In this document: positions 63,722-64,000 of the stretch, piece after piece
Layout: each line of letters starts with the position of its first letter
Position numbering within the stretch: the first letter of the stretch is position 1
Assembly: GCA_947367055.1 (NCBI GenBank)
Contig: CANBCI010000003.1
Span: forward strand, 92,713-156,712
Direction: 5' to 3'
Length of the DNA: 64,000 nt
Source: an uncultured Alphaproteobacteria bacterium
Lineage (GTDB): Bacteria; Pseudomonadota; Alphaproteobacteria; Rs-D84
The notes under the pieces: generated by a model
The model's input: the letters and a program-made list of their open reading frames with translations, nothing else
What the model was told of the DNA's origin: nothing
Database searches by the model: none
Made by a program: the position numbers and the translations under genes

Positions 63722-63750
63722 TTGCGCCCTGTTTTTGTCTGTGTTAAAAT
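63722..63750 (+). promoter_or_regulatory. Promoter candidate for leader RNA copy 2
   Basis: TTGCGC, a 17-nt spacer, then TAAAAT. Confidence 0.45.
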
Positions 63751-63756
63751 AATAAT

Positions 63757-63995
63757 GAATCCAATGGGAATTGGGTTCGGGGCTGTCGAAAGCTCTCCAA
63801 AAAGCGGCATTGACAACAATGTTGAATCCGCCAATATAGGCGCAATAGCGTCTTTTATTGTATCACCCCACCAGTCACAGGTCGGGGAGCCGTCAGTTAT
63901 AAAACAGGGTTTCCCGAAGACTGGCGGAATCAGTCTTTTTGGTGATTTTCGAACTCTCCCGACCGTCAAATTTCCGTTGACGGTATTTTTATTTT
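63757..63995 (+). ncRNA. Structured leader RNA, family copy 2
   Basis: P1 (63757-63778) is near-identical to copy 1 and carries a U-G for C-G change. It shares blocks B2-B4 and has a terminator at 63962-63990. The downstream gene lies off-window. Confidence 0.6.
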
Positions 63996-64000
63996 AACGG

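Overview
The window is 64 kb from a moderately AT-rich Gram-negative genome. It is probably an alphaproteobacterium, an inference from the olsB-olsA ornithine-lipid pair, LpxI, several Omp25/31-like porin paralogues and a lone VirB11-like ATPase. Housekeeping genes are nrdD/nrdG, lgt, glyQS, ldh, sodB, cvpA, hemW, pepO, lpxI, priA, miaA and gap, plus tRNA-Ser, tRNA-Thr, tRNA-Asp and tRNA-Glu. About 2.7-22 kb is accessory DNA that ends at the 3' end of tRNA-Ser. It holds five modules. (1) A radical-SAM gene sits between two copies of the nrdG 3' end. (2) A complete diversity-generating retroelement (DGR: avd-like gene, 113-nt TR, DGR-type RT). Its VR lies in the N-terminal domain of a 669-aa MoxR-like AAA+ ATPase, which is followed by a small ORF and a metallopeptidase/VWA protein. 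This is the most unusual system I can support. (3) A Tlde1-like cell-wall toxin with an overlapping membrane-protein partner. (4) An unknown-protein/DUF488 pair. (5) A Gabija-like OLD nuclease plus UvrD helicase, then a PD-(D/E)xK nuclease candidate. Decayed recombinase and terminase fragments lie among these modules. Two non-coding signals are not explained by any gene. The first is a three-member family of about 180-240-nt promoter-to-terminator leader RNAs (18.4 kb, 26.9 kb, 63.8 kb) with covarying helices and mutually exclusive pairings. The second is a 1.6-kb ORF-free array (51.4-53.0 kb) of nine 65-70-nt stem-closed modules with covarying stems and a conserved AU-rich loop. All protein assignments rest on motifs read by eye and remembered family signatures. 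No database search was run.
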